The position numbers were made by a program, and so were the translations under genes. 64,000 bases of DNA from positions 868,001 through 932,000 of the forward strand of contig JBODTK010000014.1 of assembly GCA_050613775.1 (NCBI GenBank), written 5' to 3'. This stretch comes from Neocallimastix sp. 'constans'. Its lineage: Eukaryota. Shown here piece by piece: positions 1 to 21,900 of the stretch. Position 1 is the stretch's first letter. Each line of letters begins with the position of its first letter. The notes beneath the pieces were generated by a model. That model was not told the DNA's origin. It saw only the letters and a list, made by a program, of their open reading frames with translations, and made no database searches.

Positions 1-951
1 AAGAATCAATGACTTCTTTATATAAAAAATAGGTTTTTTTTAAAACTTTGGAATTTTTTATTTTTTATTGTAGTGACTTCTCTCTCTCTATATGAATATA
101 TCAAAAATTTTATAATGAACAATAGTAAGATGTTTAAAAACTTTTTTTTTTTTTTTGAAATATTTATAATATTAATAAATTATAAATAAATTAATTATTA
201 TTTTTTATATAATATTTATTATTCAATTATTTTTTAGAATTACAACTATTATATATTATATATTATTATTCATTTATTATTTATTTATTTATTATTCATT
301 TATTTATTTATTTATTTATTTATTTATTATTTATTATTCTATTATTTTATTTTATTATTATTTATTAATTATTCCATTATTTATTATTTATTATTTATTA
401 TTTATTCCATTATTTATTCCATTATTTATTTATTTATTATTTAGAATTACAACTATTAATATTTATCAAGATTTATTAATATTTAAATTATTGTTACTAC
501 TCTAAATACAACTTTATTATAATTATTAATATTTATTCATTATTCGAGCTGTGTTTATATTTGATTTATGTTTAGTTTAGTTTAGTTTTTTTCATTTTCA
601 TTTAAACTTTATATTTTAATTATTACCATTTTAAAGATGATTAAAAAATTTCATATTTTGTTTATAATGTTTAATTTTTTTTTTATGTATTTATAATTAT
701 ATAATTATATAATTATAATTATTACTTAAAATTTGAAACCATTAAATTTTTTATGATATTAATAATAAATAAGCTTTGGAAGTAAAAGTTAAAAAAAAAT
801 ATATAAAATAAAATAAAATAAAAATATAATAATAATAAAAATTAAAAAGTTAAAAATAAAATTAATTAAACTACAATAATGTAAAAATTCTTTAGTTAAT
901 AATAATAGCAATAATAACAGTTATAATAATAACAGTTATAATAATAACAGT

Positions 952-990
<39 letters not shown>

Positions 991-997
991 CGAAAGT

Positions 998-1038
<41 letters not shown>

Positions 1039-1080
1039 TTTTAATAATTTTTTAATAGAGACATATTATTTAATATTTCT

Positions 1081-1128
<48 letters not shown>

Positions 1129-1294
1129 AACTAAAAATTAAAAATTAAAAATTAAAAATAAAAAAAAAAAAGAAAACCAAAAAAGAAGAAAAATAAAAAA
1201 ATAAAAAAAAAAATTAAATATATATATATATATATATATAATATTAAATACAATATCGATAGATCATAGATCATTATTATATAATTTAAAAAAA

Positions 1295-1327
<33 letters not shown>

Positions 1328-1342
1328 AAATATATTTAAAAA

Positions 1343-3085
1343 ATGGTTAATAAACTATTTAGTATAAGAAGACTGAGAGTAGGAGCCATTTTTACTACAG
1401 TAGGTCTTATTTTTATATTATTATTTTTAATATTATTTAAAGGAGATGGAATAAATAATGGTATAAAGAAAGAGAAATTAAGAACCCTTAAAAATCAAAA
1501 TGTAATCAATTTGAAGGAACTTAATGAAAATATGAATGGTACAAAACCAAATAAACAGCCAATATACGAAATGGATGAACGAATAAAAATGGAGGAAGCA
1601 GTTTTGAAAAATGGAAAAGGAACAGGAAAAGGAATAGGAAAAAGTAGTGGAGAGGATATGGATGAATCATTTGATGGGAAGGATTTTGAAAATAATAATA
1701 ATAATAATAATAATAAAAATGAGAATGAAAATGAAAATAAAAATAAAAATGAGAATGAAAATGAAAATGAAAATGAAAATAAAAATGAAAATGAAAATAA
1801 AAATGAAAATGAAAATAAAAATGAAAATGAAAATGAAAAGGGACAAGTTGATCCAGAGGATAAAGAACTGAAGAATAGTAAAACTTATAATGAAAATATA
1901 GAAGAAAATGAAAAAGAAAAGGTTGAAGATAATGTTAAGGGAGAAGAAGAAAAGGAAGAAGAAGAGGATGAAGAGAAAGAGAGAGAAAGGATAATAGAAA
2001 AAATAAAAGCAAAAGAAAAAGAAAGAGAAATGAAAGCAGCAGAAAAATTAAAGAATGAAGGGGAACAAGAATTTGATATGAAAGAGTATACAAAGAGTGT
2101 ACGACTTGAAAGTACGTCCTCCTTAAATTTCTTTAAACTATATCATCGAGGTATTAATTATCGTGATGGAGATGATCCGGAAGGTGTGGAATGTCCAGTG
2201 CCATGGAAATGGGTGGATAATCAAGAAGAAAGTGACATCATCGTCATGAATGTATTAGATAATTTAGGGGATATCCTACGAATTGACAAATTTTCCTATG
2301 ATAAATCACGTCAAAAATTACTTTTAATGTCGATGGAATCCACCAGTAACTATGAAGAGATGATAACCAAAAAAAAATATTTTAATTATATGATAGACTA
2401 TCGTCTCGACTCCGACGTTCCAATTCCGTATACGTATGATTTCTTTAACTTTGCCAAGCCACCACTTCCAGTAGAGCATAAGGGTCAATATGGAAGGGGA
2501 CTAGCGGCCGTATTTATTTCTAACTGTGGTGCCAGAAATAGGCGATTAGAATTTCTACATGAGTTGATGCTCTACACCAAGATTGATTCGTACGGCATGT
2601 GTGCGAATAACAAAGAGGTCTACCCAGAGGATATGGCCGACAGTGCGTGGAATGTCAAAATGAACACGATCCGTAAGTATAAGTTTACCCTAGCCTTTGA
2701 AAATTCGGATGATCGAGACTACGTCACCGAAAAATTTTTCCAACCATTAGAAGCTGGATCGGTTCCGGTCTTCTATGGTACCTCTAATATTGCCGATTTT
2801 GCTCCACCTCATTCGTACATTGATGCGAAAGATTTTTCATCTGCCAAAGAATTAGCAGAATATTTAGAATTTTTAGATCAGAATGATGATGAATATGAGA
2901 GTTATTTGGAATGGAAGAAGACCGGCGACTTAGGTGCTAGCTTTAAACGAGTAATAGAAATTAGAAAAATAAATAGTATATGTTATCTGTTACAACGTAT
3001 TAAGGGAATGTGGATTAATCCATTCTTAACTATCTGGAACAGAGATGATGTTTCAGAAAATGAAAGAGCTTGTGGATTATGTTAA
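1343..3085 (+). CDS. Alpha-1,3/4-fucosyltransferase (GT10), type II membrane protein, 580 aa, apparently intronless
   Basis: N-terminal TM helix (IFTTVGLIFILLFLILF), E/N/K-rich stem, then GT10 motifs VFISNC, IDSYGMC and YKFTLAFENSDDRDYVTEKFFQPLEAGSVPVFYG. Confidence 0.93.
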   Translation: MVNKLFSIRRLRVGAIFTTVGLIFILLFLILFKGDGINNGIKKEKLRTLKNQNVINLKELNENMNGTKPNKQPIYEMDERIKMEEAVLKNGKGTGKGIGKSSGEDMDESFDGKDFENNNNNNNNKNENENENKNKNENENENENENKNENENKNENENKNENENEKGQVDPEDKELKNSKTYNENIEENEKEKVEDNVKGEEEKEEEEDEEKERERIIEKIKAKEKEREMKAAEKLKNEGEQEFDMKEYTKSVRLESTSSLNFFKLYHRGINYRDGDDPEGVECPVPWKWVDNQEESDIIVMNVLDNLGDILRIDKFSYDKSRQKLLLMSMESTSNYEEMITKKKYFNYMIDYRLDSDVPIPYTYDFFNFAKPPLPVEHKGQYGRGLAAVFISNCGARNRRLEFLHELMLYTKIDSYGMCANNKEVYPEDMADSAWNVKMNTIRKYKFTLAFENSDDRDYVTEKFFQPLEAGSVPVFYGTSNIADFAPPHSYIDAKDFSSAKELAEYLEFLDQNDDEYESYLEWKKTGDLGASFKRVIEIRKINSICYLLQRIKGMWINPFLTIWNRDDVSENERACGLC

Positions 3086-3470
3086 TATTAATTAAATCAA
3101 ACCTTTTTTTTTTTTTTTTATTACATTATATTTATTAAATAAAATAATAAAAAAAAAATATATATATATATATATAAATAGAAAAAATAATTTAAAATAA
3201 TTATAATAATAATAATAAATATAATAATAAAAAAAAAAAAAAAGGAGTTTTTATATATATATATATATATAAATTTATAAAAAATTTTTGATTCACATAT
3301 ATATATATATAATAGAAAACTTTAAATTTTTATTTTTTTTTTTTTTTTTTTTATTTTACAAAATACTTTTTAATTAAAAAAAATATTATAATAATAATAT
3401 CATTATAATCATTATAATCAATAATCATAATGATCAAAATAATTATATTATAATAAATAATCAGAATAAT

Positions 3471-3509
<39 letters not shown>

Positions 3510-3680
3510 TTTTTTTTTTTTATTTTATTATATTTTATATTTATACTACATTAAAAATAATAACAATAATAATAATAATAATAATAAAATACTTACTATT
3601 CTCTATTAAATAATTATTAATATATTTAAAAAAGAAAAGAAAAGAAAAAAAAGATATAAAAATAAAAAAATAAAAAAATA

Positions 3681-3723
<43 letters not shown>

Positions 3724-4187
3724 AAATAAAATAAAAAATAATAAAACATATATATATATATGTATTTAATTTAAAACAATTAACATCTTATTCTATTGTC
3801 TATTAGTATTTGATTTTTTTTTTTTTTTTTACTTATTTTTCTTATATATATATATATATATACATTTATATTAACGTTTTATTTTATTTTATTTTATTTT
3901 ATTTTATTTTATTTTTTGCTTTTTTTTTTTATTTAAAATAAAATGATTAAAATCTTAACTCTATATAACTAAATCGTATATGGTTCATTAGATATCTAAT
4001 ATAAATCAATTGACACTTTTCAACAAGACAAAAAAAATGCTTAAAATATATATATATATATATATAAAATCTATTAAAAAATATATCAAACTTTTATTTA
4101 TAGTAATATTTAGTATTATTAGGATATTTGTTAAAAAAAAAAAAAAAAATAAAAGTTTAATTATGTATAATTTATTTTATTTAATTT

Positions 4188-4223
<36 letters not shown>

Positions 4224-4558
4224 AATCCTTAAAAATTAATAAGAAAAGAAATCTAAGGCTTAATTTTACTAGAATTTTTATATAATGTTTTTAATGTTTT
4301 AATGTTTTTAATGATTTTAATGTTTTAAATAAATTAGAAAAAAAAAAAAAAAAAAAAAAAATTTAATTTATAAAATAAAAATAATTGATGTAATTAAAAA
4401 TAAACTAAAATAAATAAAATAAAATATATTAACTAAATTTACAATTGACGTAAAAAAAACATAAATATTAAATACACTTTAAAATAATTTAAATAATAAA
4501 TAACTTTGTAAAATAATAAATATATAGTATAATTATTAATTTGTTATCAATTTCAATG

Positions 4559-4601
<43 letters not shown>

Positions 4602-4809
4602 GTATTATAAAATAATTAACATTTAGAATAATAAAATAAAAATAATAATAAAAAAAAAAAAAAAGGTTTATTGTTCAAAAACGTGGTAAATATATAAAAG
4701 TATTAAATATAACATTTTATTTTATTTTAAAATATTAAAAAAAAAAAAAAATATATATATAATAAATTCTATTTACAATTTTTTTTTTTTTTTTTTTTTT
4801 TTTTATGAT

Positions 4810-11901
<7,092 letters not shown>

Positions 11902-13511
11902 TTTTTTTCTTTTTTTTTTTTTTTTTCAATAAATTTATACACAATTCGATTCTTTTTTTTTTTTTTTTTTTTATATTTTTATTATATCTATTATTATATT
12001 ACAACTTTTATAAATATATCTTTTCAACATTGTATAATACAGATTAACGATTTTTGAATATTGTGTTTTTTTTAAAATATATATATATATAAACTTTTAT
12101 ATTTTATTATTATTTTTTTTTTATATTTGCTATTTATATATATATAAACTTTTATATTTTATTATTATTTTTTTTTTATATTTGATATTTTGAAAATATA
12201 TTTATATTAATTATTTACTATTAATTTAAAAAAAAAAAAATTAAAGAAATAAAAAAAAAATAATGAATAATATTAATATATCCAATTTAATTAATTAATT
12301 AATTAAGATATATTGACAATACTTTATTTTTCATATTCATTTCTTCTATAAATGATTCACCTTTAATTATTTATTATTTATTAATAAATACTCTTTATAT
12401 TATTTATTATTTATTATTCAATTATTCAGTTATTTATTATTTATTATTTATTAATAAATACTCTTTATATTATTTATTATTTATTATTCAATTATTCAGT
12501 TATTTATTATTTATTAATAAATACTCTTTTATATTAATTAAGGTTTAAATATTTCATTTTATATCATATGTAATTAAATAATAAATAATAAATAACAATA
12601 AATAATAAATAATAAATAATAAAAAATAGTTTTTATGACATTAATGTCATAAATCAATTTTAAATCTAATAATATTATAATAATCTTAAAATGTGGCTTG
12701 AATAATAAATACCAATTATACTTTTAATAAATCTTTTTTTTTTTTTCCCTCTCTCATGTTCTCTTTTTTACATACCATCACATAGTATATTAAAAAATTA
12801 GCATTAATAACAACATCATTAAATTATATAACAATAGTATATATATTAGATATTAGATATTAAATATAAAAATATTTTTAACTTTTTTTTTTTTTTTTTT
12901 ATATTATTTTTATTCGTTATTTTTTTATTTTTTTTTTTTTTAAAAAAAAAATATATTCATTTTTTATATATAAAAAAATATTTTTTTTATTTATTTTTAG
13001 TATATATTATATTACTATATAATGTATTTAACTAAACATATATAAAAAAAAAAAAATTGACTTTTTTTTTTTTTTTTATTATAATAATAGGTACTAATAG
13101 TCATATTATTACTATTATTTATTATTTATATTATGTGATTATTGTCTTATATTCATTATAAAAAAAAATTACATTATTTTTTCAATTAATAAATTAAAAT
13201 AATAAAAGAAGTAATTTGATATATTTACTATTTTTTTGAATAATGTTTATTTTCTTTTTCTTTTTTATATATATATATTCATTTTTTTTTTTTTTTTTTT
13301 TTTTTTTCTTTTCATTTTTTTTAATTTTACTTTTAATTTTAATTTTTATGTTTATTTTTTATTTTCTTTTATATAAACTTTTATCGTTTTTATTTATTTA
13401 TCTATTATTATTACTATTATGATTTTCTTTCTTTCTTTTTTATCTTTTATTGCTTTTTTTTTTTTTTTTTTTTTTTTTATTTTATTTTATTTTATTTTAT
13501 TTATTTATTTA

Positions 13512-16154
13512 TTATGATTCATTAGGTCGAATATGAAGATGTCTTTTATCATGACATTGAACTTCTCCAGAGATACATGTCTTAATACTGGTAAACCATT
13601 CATTTTCATAAATTTGTTCCATTGTAATTCTTTTTTCTGGATCTGGATTAAGCATTTGTGTAATCAGTTGTCTTGGGCCATCTGGAATATGACGAATTAA
13701 ATCATTTCTTCTTTCTTTTTTCCATCTTAAGAAATCAAAATCTTCAAGTGAAGCAACTCTCCATGGTAACTCATCAAATAAGGAAGCAATATAAACAATT
13801 GCACAACTCCAAATATCTGATGCTCTAGGATCATATTCAGATTTTTGGAATTGTTCTGGTGCGATATAGGGTTTGGAACCTTTAACACCTCTTGATTTTT
13901 TAATGATATCTGGTGTATATGGATATTTGAAAATTTCTGAAGTACCAAAATCAATAATTTTCAATTGAGAAACATTTTTAATTAAAATATTTTCAGGCTA
14001 AATAATAATTTTAATATTAATAAAGTATATATTATAAAAGCATTAGTATTTATTGGGTTTGGGTAATTATTTTTAATAATTTTTTTTTTCTTATTTTATT
14101 TATTTATTTCTATTTATTTTTCAAATTTATATACAATAATTCTATTTTATTTTATTCTATTTTATTCTATTCTATTTTATTCTATTTTATTCTATTCTAT
14201 TTTATTCTAGTCTATTTTATTCTAGTCTATTTTATTCTAGTCTATTTTATTTTATTCTATTTTATTTTATTTTATTCTATTTTATTTTATTTTATTCTAT
14301 TTTATTTTATTCTATTTTATTTTATTCTATTCTATTTTATTCTATTCTATTTTTTTTTTTACCTTAATATCACAATGGGCAACGCCTAGAGAATGTAAAT
14401 AGTTGACACCATCCATAAGTTGTTTAAAGTTACAATTTATTTCTTGACGACCTAAACGACCACTTTGAATGGTATTAAAGAGATCACCACCTTCACAATA
14501 TTCCAGAACAACAAAATATTTCCTACGTTTATGATTATGGGTTTTCGTCATTAAAAAGGCAAACGTTTCAATAATATTTGGATGATGAAGAAGACTTCCT
14601 ATTTGATATTCGTTACGAAGTCGTTTAAGGAACGTTCTTTCATCAATATTTTGTTTTACTCTAGAGAGTTTATATTCCTTTAATGCAAAAAGCATATTAG
14701 GATTATTCACTTTATGTACTAATTTAACAACACAAGTAGCACCACGACCAATTTCACGAGTTGATTTTGAAAAATCTTTTCTTCTTATACCTTTACTCTT
14801 ATTTTTATTACTGGAACTGGAACCAAAGAAAAGTGAATTTGTTAGGGAGAAGGAAGAGGTTGCAGAACAGAAGGATTGTTTATCATATAATTTATTCATG
14901 GATTCTGTTGTATAGCCTGAGAGATTACTATAACGAGATTGAAAACTGTTAAGTGATAAACCAGAAGCCAAAACGGATGCTTGAGAATGAATATCTTGAT
15001 TTTGATTTTGATGATTATGTTTGGAATGATAGACATGTAATTTTGGATGTTGATAACGAGCATCATGACAACTACAATCACAATCTTCTTCAGAAGTTGT
15101 TGTCACCGTAGAAAAAGTATAACTTGAATTAATGGAACGACTATAATCTCTTGTACTTGAAACCGAAGAGGCTATACTACCTGGACCTCCACCACTTAAA
15201 TATTGTCCATAGTGATGAGTGATATTGGTATTGGTATTGGTATTGATATTGGATATATTGTTGATCATTTTACCAGTATTATCAAATTTATCAAGAGCAG
15301 CACTATATGGAGATAGATTTGGTGATATCATTTTTGTTGAATTAAAACTTTTATCTTCCTCAATGCTCATACTATCCATTGGTTCAAAACGACGATAGTT
15401 TAATTCATTAACAAGGACACAATGACAGTATGGGCATCGTTTTTCTTCCCTTGGTTCTTCCATAAGCGACATAGAAATAGCTTCCATTGAGGCCGAACCA
15501 TGATTTAAACCACCACTCATGCTTGTATTTTGAGTTGAATTGGTTGGAGTATTTTCTAATCCTAATCCTATGGTAGATGGTGCCTTTGGAATAAACGAAT
15601 TAATTTTTTTATTTTCTCGATTAAAATCTTTCATTGTCGCGGGCATTGAATAATTAGAACGACTATAAGGGGATGGTACAGAAAGTCGAGGTGAACTAGC
15701 CAATATATTATGATCATTCTCCATAATAGATGATTCATCCATAATAGAAGATTCATCTATAATGGAGTCCTCTTCAAAGGAAAGTTGACTATCTTCATTT
15801 TTAACTTCAAAAGAAAATTGTTTTGTTAAATTTTTTTCTTCCTTTTTATCTAAAATGATATTATTATTAAATTATAATAATAATAAAAATAATTAAAATA
15901 AAATATTTATTAAATTAATATACAAATAAATTAATATATATAGATATATAGCATTTAAGAAAAATTATAAATAAATTAATATATATAGATATATAGCATA
16001 TAAGAAAAATTATAAATAAATTAATATATAGCATTAAAGAAAAATTTATAATATAATATAATATATTAATAGATATAACATTAAAGAAAAAATTATAAAT
16101 AAATTAATAGATATAACATTAAAGAAAATTTTATAATATATTAATATACATAAC

Positions 16155-16193
<39 letters not shown>

Positions 16194-17019
16194 ATAATAT
16201 ATTAATATACATAACATTAAAAAAATATATATATATAATATATTAATATACATATTATATTTATAATAAATACATATATATTATAAACTTATTGAATTAT
16301 AACTATATTAACTGATTTGAAATTTCTTTATAAATTATTTGAAATTTCTTTATATATAAAAAAAAAAATTTTTATTTCTTTTTTTTATTTTATTGTATTT
16401 TATTCAATCATCTAAATTCATTTACCTTGATTATTATTGTCTTCTTGAACTTCTTTTGAAGAAGGTCTAACAGTAGTATAGAGCGCATTTGCTAAAGGTG
16501 AATTAGGTATTCCAACAATTTTAGTGTCTGAACTTTGTATGGATGAAGATTTTGTGGGTTCTAGATGGTTTCCATTGTCAGATGGAGGAGTAATTTTATT
16601 TTGAGTGATAGTAGATTCAATTTTTAAACTATTTCTATTACTTTCTAAACTACCAGCTAATCGTAATTCACGACAGAAGTTGATATCACGAACACTTAAA
16701 CGATTATTATTGGAACTTATAATGGAGCTCTTCTTAATAATAGTATCTTCATTATCTATAGAGGAATTATCATCGGTTTTACAATGGGATTGACGATAGG
16801 TACCCTCCTTTTCAATTTCTATATCCTTTACCTCAGTATTATCCTCGGAATTTAAAATATTTAAATTTTCTTCAGTTAATTGAATTGAACTTGGTGAAGA
16901 TGTAATTTTCATAGAACTATCAATGACACTCAATGAATTATTATTATCAATAGGTATTGGTTGCGTTGAGGTTGAAGAAAAAATATGTTCCGCTTCAGAT
17001 TTACTACTACTACTACTAC

Positions 17020-17050
<31 letters not shown>

Positions 17051-18481
17051 GACTTGATTTTCAACCAAAGTCATACTTTGAGTTGAGGTCGATTTTCTAT
17101 TTGGATAAGGATTAGGATCGGAATGAAGACTAGGATTTGGATTTAAATCTTTTGAAGGGATAGTTTTAGTAGAAGTAATGGATTGATTTTTAACTTTAGA
17201 AGAGAATTCTACAGATATTCGTTTAATATCTATCTTTTCTTTTTCTTTTGTTTCTTTTTCTTTTTCTTTTTCTTCTCCTCCTATTTTTTCTTTTTCTTTT
17301 TCTTTTTCTTCTTCTTCTATTTCTACTTCTTCTATTTCTACTTCTTCTTCTATCTTTTCTTTAGGTTTTGGTATTTTTAAATTTTCAGGATGAATAGAAT
17401 CTATTTCCTCTTTACTATCAATATTAACATGAATGGAATTAGGATTTAAGGTTTTCATTTCTAATTTTTCATCCATTTTTAAAGTCGATATTTCTCTGGT
17501 TCTTATTTCAATATCATCCTCTTTTTCAATGTCAATATTTTCATTACTCTTGGTAACATCGATTACTTCTACCTTCTCTTTAGATTTCTTATTTTCTTTA
17601 TCTTTTAATTGACCGACAGTCTTATTTTTAAAATATTTTCCAATAGAAGAGAAAATAGAACTGGGTTTTTTACCATCCTTTGTAGAAGTATTAAAATCCT
17701 TCTTTTCCTTTTTGGATAATTTTTTCGATACTGATTTATTACTAGGTCCACTTTCCGAAGACGGAATTGATACAATAGAAGTTTGAAGATCTTTATTGTT
17801 GGCTATATCAGGGACTGAAAGAAATTTATCAGAATTTCTTTTCGTAGTTGAAAGTGAATTTGACCCTACATTTTCAGAACTTTTAAAACGTGAAAACTTC
17901 GTAGAGATGGCTTCTAATGGGGATTTTGAAGGGGCTAAAAATGGTGAATTGGATTTATTAGTAGTTTTAGATTTTGTTGAATTTGATTTTGATTTAATGC
18001 TTATGTTGGTCTGTGAAGCAGAATTAGATTTTGGACTGTTATGGTTGGAGGAAGAAGTAAGTGTTTTCAAGGAATCAAAAGTATTGTTAGCTAATCCTTT
18101 ACTAGAGGCTACGGAAGAAGCCCAATAATGTGTTGGGGAGGATTGGGTATCATATAAATTATTTAAATCTTGATTTTCCGTTGAGGATGTTATTGTTTTT
18201 GTAGAAATCTTATGATGTTTGTCTACATCAAAAGGTTCTAATGTTTTAGGGGATGTAGAGGCCAGGGTTGTATTATCATTCTCATCTTCATCATTTTTAT
18301 CATTATTATTTAAGTCGTTAAAGGAACCCTTAATATTATTTAAAATACTATATCCAGTGGTCTTTCCATTTAATAATTTTTTAAAACTTTTACTATGTAC
18401 ATTACTGTCTTTATTATTTACATTACTTGAAGAATTGGTATCTTTGTCTTTATTTTTAATTCCAAGTTTACTTTTTAACAT
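13512..18481 (-). CDS. HAL/NPR-family (Hal5/Sat4-like) Ser/Thr kinase, ~1342 aa; exons 18481-16426, 15849-14363, 13997-13512
   Basis: Three ORF-track pieces join in frame via GT-AG introns. Motifs IGRGATCVVKL, FALKEY, HCDIK|PEN, IIDFG, GSKPYIAPE, YDPRASDIWSCAIVY, PWRVA; long Ser-rich N-terminus. Confidence 0.9.
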
Positions 18482-19213
18482 TTTTCTTTGAGTATATTAA
18501 AACCATTAAAACATTATCTATATATATCGAATAAATAATAAATAAATATATAAATTAAATATATAAAATTAATTAGCCATACATTCTTTCCTTTCTTTTA
18601 TTTTACTTTTTTTTTAAAATTGAAATTTGATTTGTGAATATTTTTTTTTGATTTAATATAAAAAAAAAAAAAAAAATTATTGTTATTATTAATGTTAATT
18701 GTATAAAAAATTAATATAATTTTTATATAAAATTTTTCGTTTTTTTTTTTTTTTCAATTCGCTTTGTTTGTGTAAAAATATTATATCTATATATAATATA
18801 ATAAATATTATGTATGTTGTTAATATTGATTAACATATTAAAATTATATTGACCGTCTTGGTTTTTTATTTAAGTATTAATATTACATGGACCACTTTGT
18901 TTTTGTTTTTAATTATTTAATATTACCACAGGGAATAATTTTTTTTTAATTATTTAATAAAATTATAAAGAACCTTTTTTTTTATTTTAATGATTTCCAG
19001 TAATTCGAAATGTTGATTCTATAAGATATATATATTTTATATATTAAAGAATCCATTATAAAAAAAAAATAAAATAAAAATAAAAATATTGTTACCTGTT
19101 TTTATTTTTTTATTAATTAATATTTATTTTTCTTTTTAAGGTTGGATATCAACTTTTTATTTAAAATTAAAATATATATATTTATAAATTATAATAAGAT
19201 ATGAAATTCTGGA

Positions 19214-19244
<31 letters not shown>

Positions 19245-19648
19245 TCCTTTAAAGATTTAATATTTCAAAGTGTAAAAATTGATTTTCGCTTTTTTTTTTT
19301 TATTATTATTATTATTGTTTTATAGAAAAGGTATTTTGAATATTAACAGTTTGCTTTACTTTTATTATAATAAAAATTAAGCTACGATTTTTTTAAAAAA
19401 AAAAAAATTTTTTTTTCTTTTCTTTACTTTTCTTTTATAAAATATTTATTAATAGATAGAGTAGAAAACGTTAATTGAAAATAAAAAATAAAAAAAAATA
19501 TACATATATATATATAATAAAGAAAAATAAATTAAGAATATAAAAAATATAAAAAAAAAAAAAAAAAAAAAAAAAAAGATGAAATATAAATTAATTAGTC
19601 TGTATTTTCGATTATTGTCCTGAATATATAGTCTTATTATTTATTTTT

Positions 19649-19683
<35 letters not shown>

Positions 19684-20201
19684 CTTTTTCTTTTTCTTAA
19701 TATAAAACAATATGGTTTTATTTTTTGTTTTTTGCTTTATTGATATTTATATTTTAATTTCCTTTACTGTTCAATTTTCTTTTAAATAAAGCAATATTTT
19801 TTTTTTTATTTAACACAATAATTTTTTTATCTTTTATTAAGTTTATAATAAAATTTATTACAATTTTATTATAAAAAAAATATATTGTTCAATATTTAAA
19901 AGTTATTGTTATTCAAAAGTTTTTTTTTTTTTTATTTTTTCTTCTTTTAATTATTATATTTTTTGTATTAAACTTTTAAATTTTATTCCTATTTGTATAT
20001 AATATATATAATAATATAATATTAAATAAAATAAAAAATTAGTTCATAATAAGAACAATATATTTATAAACTAAAGAAAGCATCTAATTAAAAATATATA
20101 TATAATAGATTCATCAATTTAAAAAAAAAAAAATAATAATAAGTTATTATTAAAAAATAAAAAAAAAAAAAAAGTTTTCTTTTTAAAATGTTTCTGTTTA
20201 T

Positions 20202-20239
<38 letters not shown>

Positions 20240-20443
20240 GTGGCTTCGTTTAAACTTCTTTTTTTTTTTTTTTAAAGTTTTTTATTCAATACATATTACA
20301 ATATACATAATAAATATTAACAAAATTTAAACAATAGCTTATTATTATTTACTTTTCTTTTATGAACTTCTTTTTATTATTTTAATTTATTATAGTTGAA
20401 ATGTGTGTTTCTTATTTCTTTTTTATATTATTATTTCTTTTCA

Positions 20444-20488
<45 letters not shown>

Positions 20489-20625
20489 TATTTTAAGATG
20501 TTTAGATTTAGTTTAGTTTTATTTTATTATTTATTTTACTATTTATTTTATTATTTATTTTATTATTTATTTTATTATTTATTTTATTATTTATTATTTA
20601 CACATGAAAATTAAATAATAAAAAG

Positions 20626-20656
<31 letters not shown>

Positions 20657-21019
20657 AAAAATAAAAAAATAAAATAAAATAAAAATATTCTGTATATTAT
20701 AGTATATTATAATATATGAAAGTAATTAATGATGGACAAGTTTAACAGAATTTTTTTATTCTTTTTGGTAAAATTTCTACAAAAGAATAAAAAAAAATTT
20801 ACAAATTAATAGAATAGAATATATTATTAATATATTAAATAGTTTATAGTAAATAGATTAAATTTTATTTAATTTATAATATATTATGAATCATTTAATA
20901 AATAGTTTTATTATATAGATAATATATGTAGAAATATATTTTAATATATTAATAAATAAACCCAAAAGTAGTGAAAATAGAAAAAAATAAAAAAATAAAA
21001 AATAAAAAAATAAATAAAA

Positions 21020-21640
21020 AATAATAAAAATAATAAAAATAATAAATATAATAAATAATAATAAATAATAATAAATAATAATAAATAATAAATAATAAAT
21101 AATAATAAATAATAATAAATAATAATAAATAATAATAAATAATAATAAATAATTATAAATAATAAAAAATAATAATAAATAATAATAATAAATAATAATA
21201 ATAATAAATAATAATAATAATAAATAATAATAATAATAAATAATAATAAATAATAATAATAATAAATAATAATAAATAATAATAAATAATAATAAATAAT
21301 AATAAATAATAATAAATAATTATAAATAATAAAAAATAATAATAAATAATAATAATAAATAATAATAATAATAAATAATAATAATAATAAATAATAATAA
21401 TAATAAATAATAATAAATAATAATAATAATAAATAATAATAAATAATAATAAATAATAATAAATAATAATAAATAATAATAAATAATTATAAATAATAAA
21501 AAATAATAATAAATAATAATAATAAATAATAATAATAATAAATAATAATAATAATAAATAATAATAATAATAAATAATAATAAATAATTAAATAATAATA
21601 ATAAATAATAATAATAAATAATAGTAGTAATAATAATATT
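21020..21640. repeat. (AATAATAAAT)-type AT satellite with higher-order duplication
   Basis: Near-pure AAT/AAAT units with a recurring AATTATAAATAATAAAAAAT variant. Confidence 0.9.
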
Positions 21641-21868
21641 AGTAGTAATAATGAATAAATGAACTATTAATAATATTTCAAATTTAATTATTGTAAAAAT
21701 AATATTATAATAATAAATAGTTAAATAATAAAATAATTATAATAAAATAATAATAATAGATTATGCTTAATAATAAAGGTGCAATAAAGACTAAATAAAA
21801 ATTTAAAGGAAGTTTAAAACTTTAAAAATGGCATTATATTATTTACTATTTAATTATTTACTATTTAA

Positions 21869-21899
<31 letters not shown>

Positions 21900-21900
<1 letters not shown>

